Source: Rebecca billardiae RCC1528
Taxonomy: Eukaryota; Protista; Haptophyta
NCBI GenBank assembly: GCA_965240325.2
Contig: OZ251228.1
Coordinates: 1,674,001 to 1,738,000 of the forward strand
Reading direction: 5' to 3'
Length of the DNA: 64,000 nt
Shown here: positions 22,134-33,840 of the stretch, piece after piece
Layout: every line of letters starts with the position of its first letter
How positions within the stretch are numbered: position 1 is the first letter of the stretch
The notes under the pieces: model-generated
Database searches by the model: none
What the model was told of the DNA's origin: nothing
What the model saw: the letters and a program-made list of their open reading frames with translations, nothing else
Translations under genes and position numbers: made by a program

Positions 22134-23294
22134 ATGCCCAAGTCGCTGTCGAAGAAGCTGGTGGTCGGCGGAGGCGAGTCGAAGTGCCTGCAGGAGAAGC
22201 TGGCTGAGCTACAGGCCGAGCTTGAGCAGCCCCAGCCCGCGCCCGCGGTGGTCGCGTCCAAGGGCTTCGTGCCACGCACGGAGGAGACGGAGAAGGAGAA
22301 GAACGAGGCTCGCGATTGGGATCGCTCCAAGCTCCTGCAGGTGACCGACGACGACATGCAGGTGAAGATATACAACGACCTCGCACGCGGCCCAAATAAC
22401 GGTGGTGAGAAGCCGACGCGGTTCGGCCTGGGCTTCGGCGCCGAGGCAGGCAGGGGCGCGAGCGGAGGAGCCGTGCGATCAGTCGGCTCGATGCGATTCG
22501 TGAGCTCGGCGTCTGCGGCGGCACCCGCGGCTGCGCCACCGGCGCAGCCGAGCGCTGCGCCTTCGTCGGCCGCCACGGAATGGTCCGGCCCGCACCGGGC
22601 GCCATCCGGCCATCACTACTGGTACAACGCGCGCACAGGCGTGAGCCAGTGGTCAGACCTAAACCAGGCCGCACAGCCGACTGCCGCGTCCGCACCCACT
22701 ACCACCCCGGCCGCAGCCACGCGGTCCGGGTGGACGGGGCCGCATCGCACGCCCGAGGGGCACGCGTACTACTACAACCCGGCCACAGGGCAGAGCGAAT
22801 GGGTGCAGCCCCAGCAGACACCGCCCCAGCAGCACTACCAGTTGCCACAGGCTCCTTTGCCGCATGCACCTCCGCAGCCGCGAGCTGCGCACGCATCTGC
22901 CCCGCCGGCTGCTGCCAAGCCTGGCTGCACGCTCGCCGTCAGGGGCATTCCGCCCGACCTGCAGGACGCCGACCTGCGTGATCTTTTCGGCCAGTTCGGC
23001 TCGATCGTGCGACTGGATCTGAACCGGGGGAGCTACTCCGTGGGCAGCGGGCCGAAGGAGGGGTACATCGTGTTTGACGGTGCTGTGGGTGCGAGCGCGG
23101 CCGCGCGGCAGATGAACGGCAAGACGATGCGGCAGCACGTGCTGCAGGTGAACGTCGTTGACGGCGACGGGGGGGCAGCGCAGCCGACGTCGGCACAAGC
23201 TGCAGCGATCGGCAGCGCCGCTGCCGCTGGCCCTCCCGCAGGCGGTGCCGCCGGCGCTTACCATCATGGCTACCAGCGCTACAAGCCGTACTAA
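22134..23294 (+). CDS. WW-WW-RRM RNA-binding protein
   Basis: Two WW domains (HYWYNARTGVSQW; YYYNPATGQSEWVQP) and an RRM (LAVRGIP...LRDLFGQFG...EGYIVF...MNGK). Confidence 0.85.
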   Translation: MPKSLSKKLVVGGGESKCLQEKLAELQAELEQPQPAPAVVASKGFVPRTEETEKEKNEARDWDRSKLLQVTDDDMQVKIYNDLARGPNNGGEKPTRFGLGFGAEAGRGASGGAVRSVGSMRFVSSASAAAPAAAPPAQPSAAPSSAATEWSGPHRAPSGHHYWYNARTGVSQWSDLNQAAQPTAASAPTTTPAAATRSGWTGPHRTPEGHAYYYNPATGQSEWVQPQQTPPQQHYQLPQAPLPHAPPQPRAAHASAPPAAAKPGCTLAVRGIPPDLQDADLRDLFGQFGSIVRLDLNRGSYSVGSGPKEGYIVFDGAVGASAAARQMNGKTMRQHVLQVNVVDGDGGAAQPTSAQAAAIGSAAAAGPPAGGAAGAYHHGYQRYKPY

Positions 23295-24627
23295 GACCCG
23301 CCAGCTTTGCGGACACTTCGTTCGTCACAGTCGGATGATGACTCCGCCGCCGGGCGCCCCGTCATCGCGGAATAATGTATATAGACGATGCTGCCGGCGC
23401 AAGTCGTACGACGACGGCAGCAGCGCTACTTCGTCGTAGTCTGTCGGCGGAGTCAATGCAGGCTTCGTCGTAACACGGTCGGGATTAGAGCCAGAGTAGT
23501 TACCAGGTCGCCAAGTACGGGCGGCCGTAAGTCATAGCACCGTAATTCTATTATTGCATATGAGCAAATTAACTCATCAGTACTGAGAGTCTCCACCGCC
23601 GGAGCCGGCGCCGGGCGGCGGCTCACGACACGACGGCAGCGCTGACGTCCAGCGGCGCCTGGCCCTGTTCATGCTCCGATGACACTGCGTATTGACAGTC
23701 GTACCGCAACTACCGAGTTCGACCCGCGCGTCGGTAACTACTCGGTGATTCATCGCGGCAGATCAGAGTAGATCCCGTTGGACGTTGACTCGAAGGTCAA
23801 GGTACTGATTTTGAGTCATTGATGATTCGCTTATGGGTCGTTGCGCGGAACGACTTGCGATGATGATCGACTTGACTCGTGAGCTGAGCCTATTAAGTTA
23901 CGTTTCATCACTGCTGTCAGCAGCATCAGCAGCAGGCAGCAGCTCCGATGAGCCATGAGGCGATGGCATTGACGAACCGAGATAGATGTGCGGCTAGCTA
24001 AGAAAGTACGATCAGACGATCGTGACTTGATGATATATCGATGACGAAATACAATATTTCATTAATACGACTGAGTACATAGTCGAGTCAGATCGACCGC
24101 CGTGATGTCGACTGTCATCAACTATTCAGTCATCATGTCGGCGGGACTTAACGTTATGTCCGCGGGCGACGGACGGGCGACGGAGGCAGAGTCGGAGACG
24201 AAGGAGTAGGCCGGCTTGACGACGCGACCGACTGTGCCGCAAAGCGCGGCTCGGAGTCTGGCGGTCCGAGAGCAGCCGCCAGACTCTGTCAAGAGAGAGT
24301 GCGCATGAGAATCATACTGATGACGAGCGATCGATGTGACTAACTCATATCGGAGGCGGATCGAGTATCGACTGCTGATGCGGTTCGCGTCATCACGCGG
24401 GCCGACTCGCGACTCATCACTCTCATCAGTGAGACATCAGTCGCCATCAGGCGTAAGTACGGCGGCAACTAACACGGTAAGCAAGTCGCGTGCACAGCTG
24501 ATCATGGCTGTCGCACTCGTAGCATCGCCAGAGTCGCGAAGGATCGATTCGATCTTCGGCCAGCAGTACTGTAGTAGCGCACGACGTCTCGCTGCGGGCC
24601 AGCCCTGGCCTCCGCTCCGTCGATGCT

Positions 24628-26726
24628 CTAGTGCTTCGCGTGCGAGCAGCTGTAGCTCGTGCAGTAAGAAAGCCCGCCGACGCCCGGGTTGAGAGCGTTC
24701 GTCGGATCCATCGCCATCCAGCGCTGCCTGGATGCCTCCGGCGCGGTGTACTCGGTGCCATGGCCGTGCTCTGCGGGGAGGCGGCCGCCCAGGTCCTCGA
24801 CGACGTGCTTGATTGCGAACTTGGCCTCGTGCGTGTCTACCTTCGGCCCGAAGGCGACGTCCTCGTGCACCACATTGCAGCCGAAGTGCGAGTACCTGCG
24901 CGCCCGCCGGGTCGCGCGGCGTGCGGACCGTGAGCACCTGGCTGGGGCCAGGCAGCCGAGGCGCGTGCGCGCGCGCAGCCGCTGCGGGCGCGCGACGAGG
25001 CCGGCGGGGGCCGGGGACAGCTTGCGCGCGGGGCGGCGGCGCACCTGAGCCGGCGCACGAACTCCATGCCGGCCGGCATCGGCGGCGCGCTGCGCTCGCC
25101 CTTGGGCAGCGCGTAGTCCAGCGAGAGCCCCTGCACGCCCTTGCCCACGCACCACGTCCGAAACGCCGCCGCGACCGAGAAGCGGAATCGGTTCAGCATG
25201 AGCGCGTCCGCGCCGCTCTCGCACTCGAAGATGTGCGTGGCGGCGGACGGCGCGGCGCCCTTCGCGCGCGAGGGCTCCGCGGCGAAGTCCTTGACGCGGC
25301 GCAGCAGCTCGGCGTCCTCGCCCTTCCCGTAGTCGGCGAGCACGATCAGCAGGTGGTGCTGGTGCTGGCGCGTGAGCTCGCGCACGCGCGGCGGCAGCAC
25401 GTGAGGGAACAGGCTGTTGGCGTAGTAGAGGACCGTGTCGGGGAGCACGTCGGCGAAGGGGACGGGCAGGCTCTCGATGGCGGTCTTGAGGGCCCACATC
25501 TTCCCGAGCATCGTCCCGTCCAGCCCCATCAGCTTGATGGCGAAGATGAGCGCGCGCCCCGCCTCGTCGACCGTGCTGCACGTGCCGCCGTCCATGTACT
25601 CCATCACGCTCGGCAGCAGCGGCGCGCCCGACGGGCCGGGCGGGGCGGTGAAGAGGTGGGCCTTGAGCGCGCTGGCGGTCTCGAGCGAGTCGGTCGAGAC
25701 CCACAGGCACCGCCGCCGCTTCGGCCTGGGGAACGTCTCGTGCACGCTCGCGAGGATGAGCACCTTGCCCTCGGAGCGGTTGTAGCACGGCCCGCGCGTG
25801 TCCGCGTTGAAACGCGAGACGCTCCGATCGAGCTGGACGACCTTGGACGGGTAGTCGGTGTCGGCGGCCTTGCGCGCGCACTTCTTCGCCGTGGCGAGCG
25901 CCTCGCCCGCCGCCGCGCCGCCCTCCACCGCCGAGAGCACCGAGCCCAGCGCGCCGCCGTCGAGGCTGCCGCCCGCTGGCACCTCGTGCACACCGTCTGG
26001 GACGGCCTCGAGGCCGAGCTCGTTCACGAGCTCGACGGTGCCGTCCTCGCACACGCGGCAGTACAGCGCGCGCTCGGTGTACACGGGGCCCTTCTTCAGC
26101 TGCGTGCCCCCAGAGCCGAACGCGATCCCCGCGGCGACCGACGGGTTGAGGAAGATGCTGCCGAGCTCAGAGTGACCCTCGCGGCCGAGCGGCGCGAGCC
26201 GGTGGCCGAGCGTGCCGATGCCGACGCCGGCGAGGCAGAGGACGCGCGCGCCGTCGTCGACGGGCGCCAACGCGTCGAGCCGCCGGAGGGACAGCACGAC
26301 GGTCGGGCGATCCGTCTCCGTGTCGCGCGGCACCGACCCGCCCGTCAGCCCGGTGTTGGCACCTTGCGGGATGACGGCAACGCCGGCGCGAGTGCACGCC
26401 TCGAGCGTGCGGACGGCCTCGGCGAGCGTGCCCGGGCGCACGACGGCGAGGGCAGTGCCCGACCCGATGCGTGCGCCACGCTGCACGGCGTTCTCCGAGA
26501 CGTGCTTGTCGCCGACGATCCCGCGCAGCGTCGCGGCGAGGCCGCGCTGCGCGTCCGTCAGCGGTGCCGTGTCGCAGCACGCGTTCTGGCCGGTGGGCCG
26601 CACCAGCTGCTTGTTCGACGCGTCGAGCGTGGCGAGGGACCACCCGATGCCGATGCCCGCGCCCCCAACCAGCGGGAGGGCCACACGGCGGGCCGTGGAC
26701 CGGAGGGTCTTGAGCAGCACGCGCAT
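24628..26726 (-). CDS. dld: FAD-dependent D-lactate dehydrogenase, bacterial Dld (quinone-linked) type; intron 24896-25044
   Basis: QGANTGLTGGSVP, KGPVYTERALY, RFNAD, YSHFGCNVVHED, PAEHGHG, DPTNALNPGVG. The Arg-rich N-terminus resembles a mitochondrial presequence. Confidence 0.88.
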
Positions 26727-26897
26727 GCCGATGCGGCCGGCCGCCCGCCCCGCGCACGGCTGGGCTGGGCGACGGGTCCGCAGCTTCCGAGCCGGGATCT
26801 GGAGCGATCTTGCATTCTTATTATTGCGGCGCCGATCATCATCGTAGTCGTCAGCGGAATAATAATTTCAATAAACACCGCCGCCGTGCTGCGCACG

Positions 26898-28112
26898 ATG
26901 TCTGCCGGGTCGCAGCCGTTCGGCTGGCTCCCCAAAGTCGAGCTGCACGTGCACCTCGACGGCGCATTCGACGAAGGCGTCCTGTGGGAGGCACTGGACG
27001 TGGACGCACTACCACTAGACGTCGGGCTCGCGTGGGAGCCGGGCAAGCGCCTGCCAATCCGCGAGCGCGTGCGCGCGTGTCGCTCCCGGGCCGACTACCA
27101 CGCGCTCGTGACGTGCAAGGGGCAGCGCAGCCTGGCGTGCATGTTCAACTGCTTCGAGGTGTTCCTTCCGACCGTACGCGGTGACCTGCGTCTGATCGAG
27201 CGCCTCGCCGAGGCGTTCGTCGACCGGCAGGCCGCGTCCAACGTGATGCTCACAGAGGTGCGATACTCGCCACACCTGCTCGCTCCCGGTGGCTCGTACA
27301 ATGGCGAGGGCGCTCCTCCCGAGGTCGACCCTGTGCCCGTCGTCGACGCCGTCACGCGTGGCCTCCGCGCAGGCTGCGCGCGCCACCCCGGCGTCGTGGT
27401 CAACCAGCTCCTCTGCTGCATCTCGTTTCGACCCGAGTTTGCACACTCGGTGGTCGCGCTCGCGGATGCACGACGTGGCGACTTCCCGTGCGCCGTCGTC
27501 GGGATCGATCTTGCCGCGGGCGAGGGCGCGCTCAACCCCGCGCAGGACGCGAACTCGCACGCCACGCACATGGCCGCCTTCCGCCGCGCGCGCGAGCTCG
27601 GCATCAACTGCACGGTCCACGCAGGCGAGGAGGGCGACCCCGCGAACGTGCAGACGGCGATTCGCGACTTTGGCGCTCGGCGGATCGGCCACGGGTACGC
27701 GATCGCCGAGCACGCCGAGCTGCTGCGCGAGTGCGCGACTGCGCGCGTGCACTTCGAGGCGTGCCCGACCTCGTCGTACGAAACCGGCCTGTGGGCCGGC
27801 TCGAGCGCCGACACTGCCGACTGGGCGCGCCATCCAATCCGCGCCTTCCACAGCGCCGGCATCCCGTTCAGCCTGTCCACCGACGACCCCGCGGTGTTCG
27901 ACACGTCGCTCGGGGCGGAGCTCGAGCTCGTGCGCGAGCGCATTGGACTCTCCGAGGCGGATCTCGTTGAGAGCACGCTGCGCTCCATAGATGCCGCTTT
28001 TGGCGTCGCGCCTGACGAGCGCGAGGCGATGAAGGCGCGCGTTCGGAGCTCTGTCGCTGCCCATTCAGAATCAGATTCACTCACAGGCGGCCAGCGGTGC
28101 CAGCAGCAGTGA
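26898..28112 (+). CDS. ADA: Adenosine deaminase
   Basis: LPKVELHVHLDG, EVRYSPH, VVGIDLAAGE, TVHAGE, RIGHGY, EACPTSS, STDDP. Confidence 0.93.
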   Translation: MSAGSQPFGWLPKVELHVHLDGAFDEGVLWEALDVDALPLDVGLAWEPGKRLPIRERVRACRSRADYHALVTCKGQRSLACMFNCFEVFLPTVRGDLRLIERLAEAFVDRQAASNVMLTEVRYSPHLLAPGGSYNGEGAPPEVDPVPVVDAVTRGLRAGCARHPGVVVNQLLCCISFRPEFAHSVVALADARRGDFPCAVVGIDLAAGEGALNPAQDANSHATHMAAFRRARELGINCTVHAGEEGDPANVQTAIRDFGARRIGHGYAIAEHAELLRECATARVHFEACPTSSYETGLWAGSSADTADWARHPIRAFHSAGIPFSLSTDDPAVFDTSLGAELELVRERIGLSEADLVESTLRSIDAAFGVAPDEREAMKARVRSSVAAHSESDSLTGGQRCQQQ

Positions 28113-28228
28113 GCGACGCCGCCCGCTACCGGGCGCCGGCGGCGACGAGGACAGTAGTCCGGGAGCTTCATCCGTTACGTTCCTACCCTGCTGCCTGATA
28201 TATAATATAATCTTGTACTTTATCATAA

Positions 28229-29921
28229 GAGATAATGTCAGCTGTATTGCCGTTTTGGAAAGTGTGGTCAGGTGTATTGCCAAACGCACGTTTTGACTAC
28301 CGTGGTCAGTTGTATTGCCGTTTTCCATGTTTGGGAATCACGTGTCAATCTTGTTGCCAACGTCGAATACTTGTGTCAGGTGTATTGCCGTGGATGACGG
28401 CCCAATACTTTGTCCAGCTGTATTGCCGTCGTGTAGTGTGGGTCAGTTGTGTTGCCGTTTGCGCATCTTTGATTCAGGTTTGTTGCCGCGATCGAACACG
28501 CGCTGATGATGGCGCTGGCGCCCACGCGCCGCCGGCGTGCGCGGCGTGCCCTTGAGCAGGCCTAGCTGATCCCAGGCCAGAAGAGTGACGTTCAACGACG
28601 ACGATCTCTGCCGGGGTAGCGCCGTGTTCCTCGACATCATCAAGCCGAACGACGACCTGAACCGTGGACCGGAATCTGCACAAACGCTGCCGCAGTGCAA
28701 CACGCGCGTGCACCTCGGGCTACTCGCCGTCTACGCGGAGACGGGCGAGAATCCGTCGCGACTTCTATCGAATCGGCGTTGCTCCGTGCTCACTTCGACT
28801 CCGGAACCGTCAAGCGCGCAGTCGATGACATTGCGACGGCAGCGCATGCAGGTGCATGCGTGAAGCAGGGTGAGCGTTGTGTTGCTGCGCCCCGATTCGC
28901 GGGAGTCGAACGTGCACGACGGGCGTGTGCTCTTCAACGGCCTCAAGGAGCTTGACCAACGCGACGCGCGTCCCCCTCACTCCCTGCCATCGACTGTCAT
29001 TCACACCGTGGCGATCAACCAACGCGCGTCGCTCTCGCTCGTGCAACACTGCTGGCGCGTGCCTTTTTGCGATTGTCATCACTCCAACAGCAGACTGCCC
29101 TGTGGCCAACCGTATGCAGGTGGCTGACCGTGCGCCAGTCGGACTCGTCAACGCAGGCTGATTGGCCCGTGGAGGAGGAAGTCCAAGGCGTACTGCCAGC
29201 TGGGACACAACGCACCGACCGGTGAGCGGTGCGCCGCGCGCGCCTCGACGAGCCAGCAAGCAGGAGGGGCAGGCGACGCTTCCTGCTGCTGCTGGAACCC
29301 GAGTGGCAGGCTTGGCGAGCGCGGTCGCAGCTTGAGGCGGCGCGTGCAGCGGCATGGGACGCGATGCGGCTCACGTGGCCGCTGAAGTAGCAGCAGTCCC
29401 GATGGCGCTGGCGGCCGGCCGCCGGCGGGCGGCAAGCGCGACGGCGACGGGAAGCGCCGACTGCTACTGGAAGTCAAGATGAGCTACGCAGGCCGCATGA
29501 TGATGGCATGTCGGTTGGTTGCAGTCGCGTATCCTGCATGCCGCGCGCAGGCAGTCGCAGCTCTGCACGCACGCGCACACGGGCTGCGCGAGTCTCTTGT
29601 CTGAGTGCGAGTCGTGCCCCAGCCACCAGCTGCTGGCGGCAATACAACTGACACATAGTTATATGGAAAGGGCAATATTTCTGAGCAGACTATGTTCAAG
29701 CTCGAAAACGGCAATATTCGTGAACCAAGTAGTGTGAAAGGGTCATTGGTTTGAAACCAGTATTTGAGGGGCAATATTGTTGACACACTATCCAAAAGCG
29801 GCAATATTCTTGACCCATACTACTGAAAACGGCAATACAACTGACCACGGTAGTCATAACGTGCTTTTGGCAATACAACTGACCACACTATCCAAAGCGG
29901 CAATACAACTGACGTCGGCTC
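28229..29921. mobile_element. Non-autonomous Mutator-like element with long sub-repeat-containing TIRs
   Basis: Ends GAG.../...CTC. The 9-bp flanks TTATCATAA (28220-28228) and TTATAATAA (29922-29930) differ at one base. The first ~100 bp of both ends align as inverted repeats, and each end carries ~8 copies of GTCAGNTGTATTGCC. Confidence 0.85.
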
Positions 29922-30337
29922 TTATAATAATGGCGCGCGCCCGCCGCCCCCCCCCCCCCCCGGCCCCCGCGGAAGGCGGAAAGGTCTGAGCGTGCCGCGA
30001 AATAAGCCGGGGGGTGCGGCGCACGTGCTCCGCAAAATCAAAATAAAGAGGATGCGCGCAGGATTTGGGGGATTTTATAGGTCGTGGATTTAGGTATGAT
30101 GAATCACTATGAAAAGCGCATTTGAGTGGATTGCACTGCCCCTGCTCCCCCGCAGTGATTACAGTTGATTGCGTTTCTACTGCCCCTTAAATTTTAAGTA
30201 GATAGTTTAAGTTATAGAAGAAATCGAAATCAATGCACACAAGAGTGCGCGCGAGTGCGCTATATTACGACTTATTAGTATCATATAGCTATAACTACAG
30301 CATTTTAACTAGTAACTTCGACCGCCATGCATATTAA

Positions 30338-30339
30338 TA

Positions 30340-30372
<33 letters not shown>
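30338..30372. repeat. (AT)n microsatellite
   Basis: Nearly pure AT run. Confidence 0.9.
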
Positions 30373-30374
<2 letters not shown>

Positions 30375-30949
30375 CTGCGTTTTTTGTCGGGCCTGGGCCG
30401 CAACCCGCGAACAATTCACGCTTTTTTTCGCGATGCCCGCGGTTCTGCCTTCCCATTGGTCGGTCGATGGATCATCTCAACTTCTCCCGGGACAAAGTGA
30501 GACATATTATCTCAATAGCATCTTTATGAATCTTTGGAATCAAAGTTGAAAGAGCCAATCGTCATCCCGAAAGGCACGATGATGCCGATTCGGCCTAGCT
30601 GCAATCTTGTTAGCATCTCGGCCACTGTTCGCTGGATTTGTGCGGGTTTCTCAGCGGTCGAAGGGGTCTCAAGCAAAGTTGAAGGCTTGCGGGAGCGGAA
30701 AACTAGGAGACCGCGGCGAAGTGGCGACAGCTTGCGAAGGGCGTCCACGATGGGCCATACGGCTTACTGTGCAAGGCAACTCGTGCGGGATCGGGCGCGT
30801 ACGGCGACGTTTGCATGGTCGTCAATGCGCAGGGTGGGCGGCCTGCGGTGAAACTCACACGACGCCCGACCGCTGGCAACCACACCGCCGTCAGGCCGAG
30901 CTTGGCCGCACCCCGCGTGCGGCGTGGACCGGCCGCCGAGTGGCTTGCG

Positions 30950-31140
30950 GCCCGCTCAGCACGTACGTCGTCTCACGCATCGGGCCGAAGCAGAAGCGGC
31001 GGTACATGAAGCTGGCAGACTCGGTCATGGAGTGCTTGTCGGTGCCGTCGAACGTCCACCCACCGACGTCCGTGCCGATGCCAAACTCCTTCTGCTGGCA
31101 TCCGAGGCACTCGATGATCACGCCCTTCGCCTTCGGCTTG
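30950..31140 (-). pseudogene. Possible phospholipid-scramblase gene fragment
   Basis: KAKGVIIECLGCQQKEF...MTESASFMYRRFCFGPMRETTYV resembles the scramblase E-S-x-C-x-R-x-C-C-G-P-x-R segment. No start codon or C-terminal part was found. Confidence 0.3.
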
Positions 31141-33840
31141 TGGAGGCGTCCACGGCGTACCCGTATTGATTGGGACAGGCGATGCGCGAGGACAGCTGAG
31201 GGCAAGCCAGCCCGCGCGGTCCGAGCGTGCGCAGCGCGCGCCGCTGGGCTTGCGTGGCGGCAACAGGCTCCGTTGTGCGGCAGACGGTCGAGTCCGGGGC
31301 GCACACGTGCTGACGCAGTCGCCTACGCAACTGGCTTCGGCTGCCGTGCCTTCGCGGTCGTGCACCAAGCCTGCGTCGCCGCGCGCCGACGCGCCGCCGG
31401 CGCGGCGGAGTGCGGGACGCGGTGCCGCCGCCAGTCAGTCGTCCGGCTGACGAGTCCGCGTCGTTCAGTCACACACGGACGACGGCTGCCGCGTAATGAC
31501 CGGGCTGGCCCGCGGCCGCCCACCCAGCCAGTCCCAGGGTGTCCGGAGTCGTGACCGTTGGCAACGGTCACGACAGTGCTCAGGCCTCCTCCGAGAAGTT
31601 CGGCGCGTCGGGCTCGATCGTCATGCCGGCTGTCATGCCGCGCGCGCTAAATATTATCGTCGTCGATCGATTAATAATCTAAACGGGCGCCGTCGCCATT
31701 GCAAACTTATTCAAAACTTAAACTACGTCCGGACCGTCGGCTAGTACCGCTCAGATACTGCTCCAACAGTCAGACTGTCAGTCCGACGGTCACTCCGGGA
31801 CCGCCGGACTCAGACTCAGTGCGTGACTTGTACTCTCCGGACCGGCACGGATGACCGCACGGTCCGACAGACGAGTCGGATCGACGGAGACAGGAGAGCC
31901 AGACTGAGACACGCGTCAGTTCGATAACGTGAGACAGTCATAGCACCGTACTCCGTAGTAGCCGACGAGGGCTCGGACAGTCGGACTCGACGTGTCAGTC
32001 CGTCAGACCGTCCGCCGTACGCGTCAGTGACGAGACAGCGGCGCCAGTCGGTCGCCAGTCGAGTGCGGCACCGGGGCGGGAGCCGGAGCCGCTGTCCGAG
32101 TGGCACGCGGGTCCGAGCAGTTACACCGTGACGCCCGGCCTAAGTCGGTCCGCGCAAGACAGAAGTCGTGAGAAGACGCCGGCGGATCTGATCTGACTTA
32201 CTGAGACTGAGCAGATGGCATCATATTCATATATAGCAGCATGCTGATCATATTAAAGTATATAGATAGCATTGACAGCCGTACCGCAGCAGTAAGGCTG
32301 ATGTAGGCCGCCTGCGCGGCCCTGAGCGGGAGCCTGATGCCAGCTGACTCCTGTCTGAGGCGCGCCCGGCGCTGCCGCGCCCGGCACCCGGCTCCGGCGC
32401 GGCCGGTGCAGGTCAGCCGTCACTCGTCAGGGTGTCAGCGGTCAGGACCGCGTCCGGCGTCCAAAATCTACGAGTCTGTCCGCGGTCTCGGCGCCCGGGT
32501 CCGGACCTTGAAGTCACTCAGCTGCGTCCGATGCCGCCATCCACAGAGGTATACAAAGTCCGTCTCCACGATCGTCAGAGTCACGCCGCCTCCTGACTAA
32601 GGCCGCCGGGCGCGCGCGCGTCGCGCCCCGGCCGTGAGGTGATCGTGAAGAACTGCGCGCGCGTACGGCGCGCGCGCGTGCCGCGAGGGCTGAATTGGAA
32701 TGGAACCCTGCCGTGCCAGGATATGCCCATCGCCCTCTGTCCTCGGGCGTCGCCCGTCCCAATGAATACTGGTACGCAGTGGACACCTCCACCTGCAGGC
32801 GTACAAGCGAACGGCGGCGGGCGACGAGGGGCACTGTGATGTGCGTGCTGCATCCAGGCAGCGCGCCGGACGCGTACCTGAGCTTCCTGAGAAGCTGGGC
32901 CTTGCATCGGGCTGTGCTGTTCTCGGCGGACGCGCGTCGTGTGAGCTTCACCATAGCCAGCCCACCCTGGGTGTCGACGACCTTGTAAACATCGCCATGC
33001 GTGCTCGTCATCGTACCGCATAACGGTTCAGCCTCTCCGTAAGCCGCAGATGGGACATCCATCTGCTCGACTCCTCGCTGGGGAGCCTCGGGTCGCGCGC
33101 CGAATTCACCGACTTGCGCGACCTCAGCAGCCGGCCGAGCGGCGCCCAGCCGCGCATGCTTGCCCCCTCAGCACGGCGCGGCGCGGCGTGCACTCGGGCC
33201 AACGGGTGCCGCACGACATTTAGATAAAGAGCTTCTGCTCCTGCACTCGCAGGTTCCATAGCACGAGCGCGCCCAAGGCGAAGAGGAAGGCGTCGACGGG
33301 TGCGGGCAGCGCGTGTTCGTCGTGCTCCCCCGAGGAGCGCGCCGAGGGCAACGCCACGTGCGCGGCGCCGGCGACGCCGGGCAGCGTGCTCATGGTGTCG
33401 TTGAGGAATTCCGAGATTCCTCTCCCAGACGCGGCGGCGGCGGTGAGGCCGCGCCGCCCTGCTTGGAAGGAGCTCCGACTCCCAAGAGGGCCTTCGGCTG
33501 CAAAGCTGATTCTCTTCCGATCTCCTAGCCGATCTTCGTTTAGTCTATTGGTCCGACGAAGCACAGAAAATGTTTTTTTGGGGGCCTCGGCGTGCCGATC
33601 TCGCACGTTAGTTTGGCAAGCGGTACAGAAACGCTGCGATTGCGCTGTCATATCGTCGTAGCCACTAATATCTTATTGCAGCAGCAGCCTGGTACCGCGC
33701 GTTGACTGGCTCTGACTGAGTCTGATGGACCATGATTATTATAATGACATCACTCACGCCACGGTGCTGATTGTGACAAGGTCCGCCGACCGCGACACTC
33801 ACACTGACCGCGCGCCCTGGTGGCGTAAAGGGCGCGCGCC

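Noticed and set aside
24813-28112. 1099-aa ORF suggesting a large ADA fusion
   Set aside because: The first ~695 codons are antisense to dld plus intergenic DNA; ADA starts at 26898.
28237-28490. CRISPR-like repeat/spacer array
   Set aside because: Repeats are only 15 bp and degenerate, are mirrored at 29638-29913 as a TIR with a 9-bp TSD, and there are no cas genes in this eukaryotic context.
33008-33400. Possible sulfotransferase fragment (LYLNVVRHPLARV)
   Set aside because: A single short motif across frameshifts; not enough to call.
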